In this document: piece after piece, positions 36,001-48,619 of the stretch | Layout: each line of letters starts with the position of its first letter | Position numbering within the stretch: position 1 is the stretch's first letter | From: Selaginella moellendorffii | Taxonomy: Eukaryota; Plantae; Lycopodiophyta | Direction: 5' to 3' | DNA length: 64,000 nt | Assembly (NCBI RefSeq): GCF_000143415.4 | Contig: NW_003314267.1 | Span: forward strand, 358,908 to 422,907 | Made by a program: the position numbers and the translations under genes | The notes under the pieces: model-generated | What the model was told of the DNA's origin: nothing | Databases searched by the model: none | The model's input: the letters and a program-made list of their open reading frames with translations, nothing else

Positions 36001-36627
36001 ACTATCACCCTCAACTTCTATCACTTGAACCCAAAAGGTTTGACATCCCTTCTTAGCTACTTTTTGAGCAGCTCTTGTAGTTAGGAACTTAACATCCCAA
36101 TCCTTTAAGGAGCCCTTTTGCAACTGAAAAGATACATTAAGATGTCCTTCTAGCCAGAAGATTTATAGGTGATATTCCAATAAAAAGATTGGACTTGATA
36201 GAGTTGAAGATACCAAATTTTTAGATGATGTATGTACTTGACTACCTTTTGCAAACAGAAGTATATGGGCAATATCTACTCAGCTTTCAATCCTAACAAC
36301 TCTACTAAGTCTTTGAATATGTATGAATTTTTTCAACAAATATATCAAATGGATTTATAGTGCTGCACAAAGTCACATCATGTTAAAGTTCAATCATCAC
36401 TCAGATTCAATATTCGCGGATAAAGCCTACTAGATACATAAATGGATTAATGTTTGCATTGACTACAAGAATATCTTGAGGAAAGTAACAAAAGTAACTC
36501 ACTTCCTCTTCCTTATAGTTTGCATTGATCAACTTGTCAACCCCTTCAGCTTCACCACCACTATCTTCCCTAATGACATTAACATAAGACCTTGTCTTAT
36601 GTTTGTTGGGACATTCTGAGGACTTAT

Positions 36628-37362
36628 TGTAAGCAACCAAAGGGAACAACTTGAGAGATGATCTATAGCGGTTCAAATATAGAGGGAAAGGGCCTATGAA
36701 CAAGAATGCACCCCCTTTTCCAATTGGTTAAGGGTTTTGGGATATTTGGGGTTAAGCGTCCTTGGGTTTGAATAGTACTGGGCTGGGTGACCTCCTGGGA
36801 AGTCCAAACTTCAGGAGCTTATATTTGGTATTAGAGTGGTCTCGGATCCGACTCTGTTGGTTGGCTAGGGGATCCGACTCTGTTGGTTGGCTAGGGGAAT
36901 CACACCACATAATCCGACTCTATTGGTTGGCTATGGCTAGGGGAATCACACCACATAATCCGACTCTATTGGTTGGCTAGGGGATCCGACTCTGTTGGTT
37001 GGCTAGGGGAATCACACCACATATTGATTGACATCTGGCTAGTCCAGTTTGCTCCCGTTGGGCTCGACCCGAGGGGTAGGGTGTCAAGAGAGCGGGGCTC
37101 TCGGGAGAGCTGCGGCTCTTAGCTTCCATTCATGAGGGCGTGAACTTGCAGGGAAGCGTGGTGGATTGTAAACAACAAAAGGGAATGACTTGAGAGACGA
37201 TCCATAGCGGTTCAAATATAGAGGGAAAGGGCCCATGAACAAGAGTGCACCCCCTTTTCCAATTGGTTAAGGGTCTTGGGATATTTGGGGTTAAGCGTCC
37301 TTGGGTTTGAATAGTACTGGGCTGGGTGATCTCCCGGGAAGTCCAAACTTCAGGAGCTTACA
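36628..37362 (+). mobile_element. Cassandra-type TRIM retrotransposon (735 bp) with 5S-rRNA-derived LTRs
   Basis: 196-bp LTRs at 36628-36823 and 37167-37362 (TGTAA…TTACA). TSD CTTAT on both sides. PBS tggtattagag; purine-rich tract before LTR2. Each LTR has gttaagcgtccttggg…tagtactgggctgggtgacctcctgggaagtcc, similar to the 5S internal control region. Confidence 0.92.
36844..37022 (+). repeat. Tandem array inside the Cassandra internal domain
   Basis: Five copies of atccgactct(g/a)ttggttggcta interleaved with three copies of ggggaatcacaccacata. Confidence 0.9.
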
Positions 37363-39442
37363 CTTATATCCTACCTCTCCACAATAGAAGCAATAACCCA
37401 CACTACCTGTTCTACTAGGAGTAGTTTTTGCAAGTTGTTGTTGTTTGTACCCACTAGGAGGAGGAACAAAGGACTTAGGACCAGAAGAAGTTGCAAGTGG
37501 TCGCCAACCACCACCTTTGTTAACTATTGCTTGTGAGCCTCCAAAGTGAAACTTTCCTTAAAGGGCTTAGGACTAGAAGAAGTTGCTAGTGATCGGCAAC
37601 CACCACCTTTGTTAACTATTGCTTGTGAGCCTCCAAGGTGAAACTTTCCTTCCACCCTCTGTTTTTGATCACTTTGTTTATTCCTAAAGTTCTTATTCTA
37701 CTAGCATGCAGCTATTGATATTGTTCCATGCCTCTTTACACTCTAGGTATGTCTTCAGCTTAAACTTCAAAATCTCATTGTGATAAATTGAATTCAAACA
37801 TTCCAGGAAATAATTTCAAGCATCTTCGTCACTCATATTTGCAATCATAATGCGTTTCTGAGCAAACCAATTAACATAATACATAAGGTCCCCACGTTGC
37901 TTTAACCGCCGCTGGTTAGTATGAAATCTTAGGCCAAGATCGTTCGACAAATATTCCTTACGGATACGAAACTATATCTTATTCTAACTTCCCTTTTTGA
38001 GCACACACCTAGCACCACCAAGTTTTGTCATGATTGGTAAGAAAGGACTGTGCACATGCAACTTTTGTTCGATCATCTACATCTGCAAGTATGAAATAGT
38101 TTTCCATATTGTAGACCTAGACTTCCAAAACTTAATAGTCCCACATGCCTCTGAAATTGGGTGGTTTCGGAGGCTTGAACTTTGAAACTCATGCAATCAG
38201 GGGCAATTGTAGAACTTCATCACCCTTAGAACTCTCAATCTCAATATCTTGAGTTGTATGCTACAGTGCTACATCATCAAGCTCTTCCTCTTCTGAATTA
38301 GCCTCAATCTCTTCTAAAGCATCTTTAGCAGGAGTTTCCTCCTCTTCATTTGCTCGTTTAAACATTTCAGCATCATTAGCATAGTTCCTCTTCACCATCT
38401 TGCTAGTTGTATGCATGCCTCTATCAATAACTGAACATGCATATAACATTTTTACCAAATGGTGCAATCCCACTAATTCTACACTGGTCGCTTCGGATCT
38501 ACTAAAAAAGTCTTTGTATATGCAACTTAAGTCAACAAAGGTTGGATAAGAATCATTGAGACAATTCCTCTAATATTAAATGTAGCACACTTGAATTTGG
38601 AGTCGAACTCCAAGCCTATTATGCTACAAAATGAGGGTCTGATACACACTTAATCCTATGAGCACTAGCTCCCCGTATCTAATACCTATATTTAAAACGG
38701 TGTCAAATGGTGTTTGGCACAATTTTAGCATATCAGTGGCTTAATACGAGGAGGAGGGTACCCCACCGACTAGAGGAGCATAGAATTTGGGCTTAAACCC
38801 AAGCTAGATGCAAAAAAAGGAGCAACACAGCTTAGCAAGAGCTAAATTAATATCTCAGGTGGTCAAACATGCATTTTAACCATTATCCCTACTATACATT
38901 TGTTTAAAACCTCCCTATAGCCCCCCTCCTATTAGGAGCATAGGCTTTGGGCTTTCACCTCTAGCCTCCCTTAGTACCAGGAGTTAGTCTCTGGGACAAA
39001 TGTGAAAACTTACTAAATATAGAATGGTGTTAAGGAGCAAAAATAACACTATAGAGTTCAAGACACTCTCTACATTCCATAGATATGCCTTTTAGGCAAA
39101 TTTAGACACTTATCATAAATAGCATATGGATCCAAAACAGAATCAATACATAAGGCGTGATAGCGAGGGTGTCTAGTGGACACCGTAAGCTACTATATAA
39201 TAATATTGAGATATTAGACTCAATATCGTGGGGGTTCTTGATACTAATAAGTGCAAGTCAATAATAGGAGTTTTCCAAACCAGGCCGAGTCTACTCAACA
39301 AGAAACATATAGGAGTTCTTACTTTATATTTATCTGATTTAAGTATATAGCCATTAACTAATTTCAAAACTAGCTCAAGTGGGATCTATAAAGGGAACCA
39401 ATTGTACCGACTTCCTACCATCATAACAATAAAGAGAAAGTG

Positions 39443-40140
39443 TGTAGCGCATGTGATCATGGGATGAGATTTAGATATACTGTCACTGTGGATCCTTGGA
39501 ACCTTGGGGGATAAATGGGGATAAAATAGCCACTAATGGCTCTCTTATCAAGCAATTGCCCCTTTTCCAGTTGGCTTAAGGGGAGAGAGATAAGGTGTGC
39601 TACAGTTGGTATCAAAGAAAATGGCACGGGTTCGATTCCCATTGATTAGTGGCTACTTAAAAGTATAATATACCCTTGAGCAAGGTATATTCCTACCCCT
39701 AAATTTGAAATCGTATGTATTAGGCATCCATGCGTACGTCCTTCCTCTTGTGTGGAGTATCCACGGACAAAGGTATCCATTGTGGGACTGCGGTACGGGT
39801 GGATGACTAGTTGCCTCACATGGAATAGCTGGTCTACATAATGGAAGGATTGGTAGATTGAGTGAGGAAATGGAGGTGTTGGTTCCCCTTGGCTCAGTAG
39901 GGGTTGCTAGTCAATAGTTAATGAGGAAATTGACATCTTTGAAGGGGGGGTGAGTGTAGCGCATGTGATCATAGGATGAAATTTAGATATACTGTCACCG
40001 TGAATCCTTGGAACCTTGGGGGATAAATGGGGATAAAATAGCCATTAAGGGCTCTCTCATCAAGCAATTGCCCTTTTCCAGTCTTAAGGGGAGAGAGATA
40101 AATCACCATAGGATAAAGGGTCAAAACTATGTGCGCTACA
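39443..40140 (+). mobile_element. Second TRIM (698 bp) inserted in the old gypsy LTR
   Basis: LTRs 39443-39604 and 39955-40140 (TGTAGC…GCTACA). PBS tggtatcaaag; PPT gaagggggggtgag. TSD AAGTG/GAGTG, where the uninterrupted sister LTRs have a single gagtg. Confidence 0.88.
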
Positions 40141-40449
40141 GAGTGTCCATAAGAACATGTTGACAAGTATCTTTCACAATTATATTTAAGACAATAGTCT
40201 GGATAGAATATGAATGAATGATGAAAACTTGTGAAAGTGATTAGGGTATCAATTTTCAACAGCTTGGACTTTAGGACTTCATCCAACACATACAATAGCC
40301 AGCATTCTTAAGATACTTGCTACACCAAAGGAAGAGGAGATTTTTACTTTTGGATCACCATTTTAGATTTTAATCAACATGAGAATACTTAGGAGGCAAA
40401 GTCTTCAAAAGCCACAAAGAGCCAACTAGCATACAACATGTGTGCGAGA

Positions 40450-41006
40450 GCAGCTTGTAGAGCTACAAATGCCTAAGAAAGATGATGAAAAGGAATTAAC
40501 TATTTTCTTTGATACTAAGTAGCTAGACACCATTAAAGTAGCGCACGTGGTTTTGACCCTTTATCCTATAGCGATTTACCATAGGATAACACCACGAAGC
40601 GGAACCTAAACCCTCTTTGTGCCACGTGACAGCGTCGCAGCTTGTAGAGCTACAAATGCCTAAGAAAGATGATGAAAAGGAATTAACTATTTTCTTTGAT
40701 ACTAAGTAGCTAGACACCATTAAAGTAGTGCACGTGGTTTTGACCCTTTATCCTATGGCGATTTACCATAGGATAACACCACGAAGCGGAACCTAAACCC
40801 TCTTTGTGCCACGTGACAGCGTCGCAGCTTGTAGAGCTACAAATGCCTAAGAAAGATGATGAAAAGGAATTAACTATTTTCTTTGATACTAAGTAGCTAG
40901 ACACCATTAAAGTAGCGCACGTGGTTTTGACCCTTTATCCTATGGCGATTTACCATAGGATAACACCACGAAGCGGAACCTAAACCCTCTTTGTGCCACG
41001 TGACAG
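40450..41006 (+). repeat. 187-bp tandem repeat, ~3 near-identical units, spanning an LTR/flank junction
   Basis: Units start at 40450, 40637 and 40824. Each is ~87 bp of flank plus ~95 bp of LTR terminus. Confidence 0.92.
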
Positions 41007-44000
41007 ATGCCACGTGTCACATGCCACGTGTCCAAAGGAACCTGAGGTTTAGGGCCTTGGGCCACTGAACGAAGGAACAGTGCCAAACTCCCAAGCGTGG
41101 AGCCAAGGAGTGATGGAATCAGACCACGGAGCAACTCCCAAGCATACAACCCAAGGAGCGAAGGGACAGGGGACCGGAGTGACTTGGAACAGTCTTGGAG
41201 CAACCAGCATCCCAATGCCAAGACCAGCATGCAAAACGGAGCCAAATGGAATTTGGTGCTATTTCAGCATACCGGTAGCCTAATGTGAGGATATGGGTAC
41301 TCCACCAACTGGCATGGAATGGAACTTGGGCTTAGACCCAAGCCGGACGCAGAACAAAGACAAGCACGCAAGCGGGAGCTAGACTATGCCTCAGGTTGGT
41401 CGGCCATGCCCGACCTACCCACTATCCCTATTATACATTTGGAACCCCCCACAGCCCCCCCCCCCTGAGGAACACACGCTTTGGGCTTTCACCCCAAGCC
41501 TCCCTTAATATCAGGAGTTAGTCTCTGGGACAAGCTCGAAACTTACTAAATATGGAATGTCCCTAGATTGTGAATTTAGACACGGGACGAACACCATTGT
41601 GTTCAGGACGATCTCTACATTCCGTAGATATGCCAAATGAGCAAATCTGGACACTTTCCATAAATAGCATTTGGGACCAAAATGAGACCAACACAAAGGG
41701 CATGATAGCGAGGGTGTTTGGCAGACACGGTAAGCTATTATCTAGCGATATTGAGGGACCAATCTCAATATCGCGGGGGTTCTTGATACTAGCAAGTGCA
41801 AGCCAATGATAGGAGTTTCTCAAACCAGGCTGAGTATGCTCAGCAAGAAACATATAGGGTTCCTACCTTATGTTTATCCGATCTAAGTACACGGTCATTG
41901 ACCAGTTTCTCAACTAGCTCAAGTGGGAAACTGATAATAGGTCCAGCAATACCGACCTCCTACCGTCGCAGTAGTAAGGTAAGAGTGTCCGTAAGGACTA
42001 GCCGACAGGTAACTTTCGATACCCGAAGTCACATTCGTGACACTCTCCCCCCCTTGGGAAGATCAACGTCCTCGTCGATGCATACTCGAGTCTACAATAC
42101 CGCCAAGGAAACAACTCCAAAAAAAATTCACAGTACTCACACTATGTGAGAAATGCACCAACTTAAATGAGTTAGGAGGCAACCTCTTTGTCTAATGCAG
42201 ATGCGCTACCAACTCAGACACCTTCCGGCCGTCACTGACAAGGAAATGACCAACAGAGTAAGCCACCCTTGCTGCTCTGGGTGTCACCCAGCTACAAAAG
42301 TGTGATATGCTCCTGCCCGCAAGGACATAGAGAGAAAAGCCAGAGGCCCTAACCCTCCTAAGCAAAGAAACCAAACCCGTCGGTAAGGTTTAGATAGACT
42401 ACTGTAAACAGGCAGTTAGAGTTGTTTACACAGTCACACCCTTTCAATGAAATAAGGAACATCGACAGAGAGGCGGGTTATGTGACCAGTCGACAGTAGC
42501 TACCTCATGACTAGAGATTTCACCATACACACGAAGTGCCGAAGCCAGTCTGCCTATACTGGCCCAAACTCAAAAATCAATATATGGACAATATCAAAGT
42601 CATAAACAATGATATCTTAGAGTCTTAATTATCAGTGAATATATCTTAGATGAGAATACAAAAGTATTCCAGGAAAGTTATCATCCGATAAACTAGTATT
42701 TGAGTATAGGAACCACCAAGATCATCATAATTGGTAAACATAGGAATCACCATCCAACAAAATTCAATAGTAAGTAGATCATCAAGGAAACTCAATGATG
42801 AAACTTAACTATTGAAAATTGTAGACAATATGCTAAACAACTTACAAAACACAACTCAAAGAACACAAAGTATCATTGAGTAACAAGTACAATGCTCGCG
42901 AATATATCACCCGAAGGAAATAACATCCTAATCTATGAGAACTAACTCGAGCAATAATCAATAGAACAAAATGAATGTTGCAAAACAAACAAACACTTGT
43001 TCATATCAACCATTGCACTAGCCAATCTAAATAGATGTCAGTCAACAATACCAAAGAACCAGAGTTGCTCAAGCAAACATTTGCAATATCCTATTGATAT
43101 CTCAAACCCAAGAGAACAATCCAAGGCAAACCACAAAGAACATGTGGTAATGTGAAAAGCCATAAGCCATCAAAGAGAACAACTAACCATCATGAAAGAT
43201 CATCAATCATCCTATCAAAAATATATATGCAGAATCATCGTCTAAGAAGGAATCCACCATCCCGAAGAATAGCAAATCATTCTAGATCAACGATAATCAA
43301 GCAAAACTTTCGACAAGGATAATCAACTATCTTAAATGACAGTCAATCATTATTAATGATTGCTAGATGCAAATACTAACTTCAACATCAAAGCTAAGAG
43401 CCAAAATGCTTTCCCCCAACAACTTCTAACAAATGGAATAATGAGCAGAAAGCTCAAGGAACCAAAAGCTCGAAGAAGCCTATAACCAAGTCTTTCCTAC
43501 TTATAATCACGAGTCTCATAGAAGCTAACTTCAATGCTAAAGAAGAAATCATGGTGCAACCCACAATATCTTCTTCAACACATCCATAAGCCAAACTTCA
43601 TAATGCCAAAGCTAATGAAGAGCATTTCTGCATCAATCCAAAAGCCAAGCGTAACAAAGTTATGCTCAACAATAGACAATACTTGAACCAATAGACTAAT
43701 CCCTATAGTCTTGATTGATCCACTTATAATCATGCCTAGGAAGGATCCACTAGTGCCGTGCTAAACAGCTACGGATCAGCCTATTTGCCACTCATAGCAA
43801 ACCCAGGGAAAGTTTATTTTCACCCATGGTACATGGAACAATTCATGGAACCACCGATAGGCTAACATTAATCCTGCCAACTCAAAGTGCAACCTTGAAT
43901 TGCTAATGTGCCTCACTCACGAGTCCAAGCGCAAACTCGTGCTACTGGAACAACTCAATCCTTCTTATGAGCCCAAGAGCAAGCTCACATACTATGGTAC

Positions 44001-45306
44001 AAAAAAGTAACCAAATCCATACCCAAGGAACGATTGTGAAGCCTTTGCACCCAAACGTGTACCCATTCGGACCATCGTTTTCATCTCTGCATATGCAACG
44101 AGACTAGTTGCCCAATCTCATTGAATAGTACTCACTGAGACTCATACCTCTGATACCAAATGTAGCGCACGTGGTTTTGACCCTTTATCCTATGGCAATT
44201 TACCATAGGATAACACCACGAAGCGGAACCTAAACCCTCTTTGTGCCACGTGACAGATGCCACATGTCATATGCCACGTGTCCATGCCACATATCCATAG
44301 GAACCCAAGGTTCAGGGCCTTGGGCCACTGAACGAAGGAACGGTGCCAAACTCCCAAGCGTGGAGCCAAGGAGTGATGAAATTGGACCACGGAGCAACTC
44401 CCGAGCATACAGCCTAAGGAGCGAAGGGACAGGGGCCCGGAGCGACTTGGAACAGTCTTGGAGCAACCAGCATCCCAATGCCAAGACCAGCACGCAAAAC
44501 GGAGCCAAATGGAATTTGGTGCTATTTCGGCATACCGGTAGCCTAATGTGAGGATATAGGTATTCCACCAGCTAGCATGGAATGGAACTTGGGCTTAGAC
44601 CCAAGCCGGACGCAGAACAAGGACAAGCACGCAAGCGGGAGCTAGACTATGCCTCAGGTTGGTCGGCCATGCCCGACCTACCCACTATCCCTATTATACA
44701 TTTGGAACCCCCCACAGCCCCCCCCCCCTGAGGAACACACGCTTTGGGCTTTTCACCCCAAGCCTCCCTTAGTATCAGAAGTTAGTCTCTGGGACAAGCT
44801 TGAAACTTATTAAATATGGAATGTCCCTAGATTGCGAATTTGGACACAGGACGAACACCATTGTGTTCAGGACGATCTCTACATTCTGTAGATATTCCAA
44901 ATGAGCAAATCTAGACACTTTCCATAAATAGCATTTGGGACCGAAATGAGACCAACACAAAGGGCATGACAATAAGGGTGTTTGGCAGACACGGTAAGCT
45001 ATCATCTAGCGATATTGAGGGACCAATCTCAATATCGCGGGGGTTCTTGGTACTAGCAAGTGCAAGCCAATGACAGGAGTTTCTCAAACCAGGCCGAGTA
45101 TGCTCAGCAAGAAACATATAGGGTTCCTACCTTATATTTATCCGATCTAAGTACACGGTCATTGACTAGTTTCTCAACTAGCTCAAATGGGAAATTGATA
45201 ACAGGTCCAGCAATACCGACCTCCTGCCGTCGCGGCAGTAAGGTAAGAGTGTCCGTAAGGACTAGCCGACATGTAACTTTCGATACCCGAAGTCACATTC
45301 GCAACA
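40911..45306 (-). mobile_element. Non-autonomous LARD-like LTR retroelement (LTRs 40911-42042 and 44161-45306; ~2.1-kb non-coding interior)
   Basis: Two highly similar ~1.14-kb LTRs. Minus-strand PBS TGGTATCAGAGG at 44147-44158; PPT cccaagggggggagag at 42043-42058. No ORF of 60 aa or more between 42375 and 44160. No TSD recovered. Confidence 0.88.
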
Positions 45307-47363
45307 GTAGGACAACAACACTTTAACTCATTACACAACAATGACAAGCATGAAGGGCTTATCAAGATATGCTAACCAATATGGAGGAATTGGCTTAAAG
45401 CTGTGAGGAGTCACCACAAACACAAAGTACCATGGTAAAGTACATGGCCTCTAGAACAATTTCTAAAAGGTAAACATTAGCAAAAAAGCATACAAAGTAG
45501 TGGATACAACTTCAAAGGTTTGAGAGAAAGTTTTGGCTAGTGAAGTGAGCTAGGACTACAATATTCTTTGCTTCTTCTTACACCAACATCTCAGGTTCAA
45601 CAACCCAAATATGTGTCATGAATGTCTATGAACTACTTTTTAGTCTAGCTGGTTTTCACCAGTGGTGATTGGTGCTTTTGAATGCTGCTGGTGATGTATA
45701 ACAACACAAAAGGTTTTTGCATCAGCCAATAGTGCAATGGTATCTTTGACTTTAGGGGTAGTGAATCCCTTAAATTTTCATCAAAAAGCTATGTAGCACA
45801 AGATATGATTGACATTGTCTCCACCAGCTACTTCCAGTCAACAAAGAAGACCATATATCTGAGCAGATTCCTTCATCCTTTAGGCTTCGAATCTTTCAAG
45901 TGGTGGGGAAATTTAAGATATTCTTCATATCCCTCACCACTTCATAAGGCCACCAAATCAATAATAGAGAAATAGAGGTCTTTCCTTGTATCGAAACACC
46001 TAAAATCATCAACCAAGAGTCCTCTTTCTCCTAGGAAACAACAATCTTCAATGCAATCATCTTTGATGGTCACCAAGAGGAATTAATAGGAATTTTGTAG
46101 GTCTAGCCAACCTTTGGAGTTAGACCAAGATTCTTCCATCTCAAGGAGCATTCACCAAAAATTGGAGATTTAATGCATTTGAGTAGGCAAGACTTCTACT
46201 TTTTGATGATTTCTTTCATTCTTTCATTCCTTTCTTTATTTTTTCTTCTTCTTTCTTCCACCATTTGTTCCTTTTCTTTTCCACTTTGATGGAGCTGGAT
46301 CACCAACCTTTAAGGAGGCGTCAATTCCACTTTTCCCAAGAGCAGACCCTTCAGCTAGATGTGGATCAGTGCTGAAAGAAACTAAATAAGAATTAATAAT
46401 ATCAACTAACAAATAAATCATTCCAATGAACAAATTGTGTTAGCCTTTTCTGTGTGATGACAAATGCAAAAGACAACCTCCCCAAAATTATGTAACTATT
46501 TATGTTGATGGATCCAACTTTAACTATATATCCAAAAACTTAATTGTTCAGAAGAGATGAAGTGCATTACTTTAGAAAAGAAATAGATTAGTAGTTACAT
46601 TGGAATATTTTTTGGCCTATAGCATTTCCACCCTTATGGATCTAAGATTTGGAATGGTATGCAAAGGCTTATAATATATAATATGAAAAAAGCAAAACTA
46701 TGTTCAAATTGTATATCATTTTTCTTTTGCCATATGTAGATTAAAGACATCATTTTGCATTGTGGCTGTATTTGCCATACATTTGTTGATTTACTCAATA
46801 TGTTACACATATAAGACTCCAAAAACAAACATATGAACAATCACATCTACCCTTGTTTTTTATATGGCTTGCTATAGAATGATTTTCTCTCTTGTATTAG
46901 TTAGTTTATTTGGAAAACATCTAGCAGTAAAAGTTTTAAGAAGTAACCCTCAACATTTCTCTCCACAACTTAAAGATGCTATTTTAAAAGCAATACCCAT
47001 AGTGATTAGTCAGATTCATCCTACAGCCAAATTCTTTGCTGGAAGTTCAGTTATCTATACTTATAATGGAATTAAAATTATAATAACTGCTTTACATCAA
47101 CAAAACCCCCACCATTTTATGATTTACTTTGTAGTATTTTTCCAGATTATGAATCTTTTTTTTCTGGTGAGACAGTACAACGAAATCTTCAATATTTAGA
47201 AAGTGTTGCTATTAGAAATGATAATGAGATCACCAATTTTGCTGTCAATGAATATATTACAAAAACTTTTAGTTTAATCTTTAAAATTGATAATAATGAG
47301 CAAAGTTACTCTTTACACAATAAGGATAATAGTAACAATACTTTATATCATACCAAAAATATT

Positions 47364-47765
47364 ATGAAAAGCCCAAACTGTTTAGATTGTACATGGAGAC
47401 GTTCATGTATTAGAAGTATTGATGATTCTTCATATTTCTCAAATCTACAAAGTGGAGACTATTTAGAATCAACTAATCATCAATTTATATTATTATTGCA
47501 CATGAATTGCAACCTTGTGCTTTATAAAGGTAAGATTATATTCTGGAAAATAATTTTAAACGGAAATTGTTGCTATTTAAGAATTCAAATTGATGGAAAT
47601 CTTGTGATATACAATGAAAATCATGAAATACTATGGACATATGATATATATTGGAAAATTAAATTTAAAGCTATGGCTTTATGTGTAGAAAATACTGGTC
47701 ATGTTGTGGTGTATGACACTATTGATGAAACTTGTGTTTTCTACGAACCTAAAAATTTTCCTTGA
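47364..47765 (+). CDS. Bulb-type (GNA-related) mannose-binding lectin domain ORF, very AT-rich, possibly a pseudogene
   Basis: LQSGDYL, three QxDxNxVxY-like sites (HMNCNLVLY, QIDGNLVIY, ENTGHVVVY) and a terminal ILW. Confidence 0.65.
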   Translation: MKSPNCLDCTWRRSCIRSIDDSSYFSNLQSGDYLESTNHQFILLLHMNCNLVLYKGKIIFWKIILNGNCCYLRIQIDGNLVIYNENHEILWTYDIYWKIKFKAMALCVENTGHVVVYDTIDETCVFYEPKNFP

Positions 47766-48009
47766 TTATTGCAAATTAGTATGATGATGGATATTTATAA
47801 AATATAATATTTTAATTTTTAATTGAGGGGCTAATGTTGTTTAATATAGTATTTTTTAATTTAATGTGATAAGTTGCAAATGGGAATTTTTCTTTGAAAA
47901 TGTTAAGATCAAATGATAAATTGTATTAATATCATTCGTTTGATAGAATATTCCGTGAGTCCAAGTTGGGATTCTTCACGAGAAACAGTCGCCGAGGCTG
48001 GATCACGCT

Positions 48010-48380
48010 CAAATGCTTTTGGTAACTCTCCATGAAGATCTCTTGTGCCTGGTCTTTTGGTAGGGGAAATTCCAAGCATGGTCACGAAGTTCTCTCGGCT
48101 CTAGCTGCTCGAAGGCAGCAATTCCATCTTCCATTGGTGGCCTGTCCAACTTGGAGGATTGTCTAACAAGCTCAGAGGCAGTGTTCCTTGGACTGCTATT
48201 CAACCTTGTTTACGCGAACTCTCTCGCTGGCCAGATCCCTGACGCCTTCACTCGCAACTTCCATGCTGCCTTTCCTGGCCCATTCCACCATGGTTGGCGA
48301 CGCTCAAGCTTCGAGACTCGGATGACTTCCTCACGTCGATGCTGAGCTTGTTCAACAACAGTATCACTCATTCCCCGGAC
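48010..48380 (+). pseudogene. Plant LRR protein / LRR-RLK relic
   Basis: IPSSIGGLSNLE, NSLAGQIPDAF and LSLFNNSI pieces in a broken frame. Confidence 0.55.
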
Positions 48381-48619
48381 ACGACTTAAAAGATGGACAA
48401 AAAGGCCTTGACTATCAGAGGAAAAGAGGAAAATGTTTGATGAGAGCTTAGAGTAACTATAAAGGACATAAAGGTAAGTCTAGGATTCAGTCACCTAGAA
48501 CGCAAAGAAACGATTTCCAAGGATTGTGAGCTTCCAGAGTGGGGATTTTGATACGCACAGTGCAATTGCATCGTGATAAAGACTCATCGATGAAATTCGC
48601 AGCTTGACAAGAAGCAAGG

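Larger units (their letters stand above)
35720..40190 (-). mobile_element. Decayed Ty3/gypsy retrotransposon: 5' LTR remnant ~38650-40190, degenerate PBS ~38636-38646, gag, protease region and start of RT; truncated
   Basis: Zinc knuckle CFYCGEVGYK|SSEC. Pre-RT motif DIFPKDL…DHQIEIILGFKPP. Many stops. The LTR is colinear with the LTRs at 40911 and 44161. Confidence 0.8.

Noticed and set aside
36751-36805. A true 5S rRNA gene
   Set aside because: Only the internal control region is present; the 5' and 3' parts of the ~120-nt 5S are absent and it sits within an LTR.
36844-37022. CRISPR-like repeat/spacer pattern
   Set aside because: The spacers are identical to each other, there are no cas genes, and it lies inside a eukaryotic retroelement.
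45310-46900. Decayed transposase or gene in AT-rich DNA (similar stretches at 33.2-35.6 kb and 50.6-51.5 kb)
   Set aside because: Coding-like patches exist, but I could not recognise any motif.
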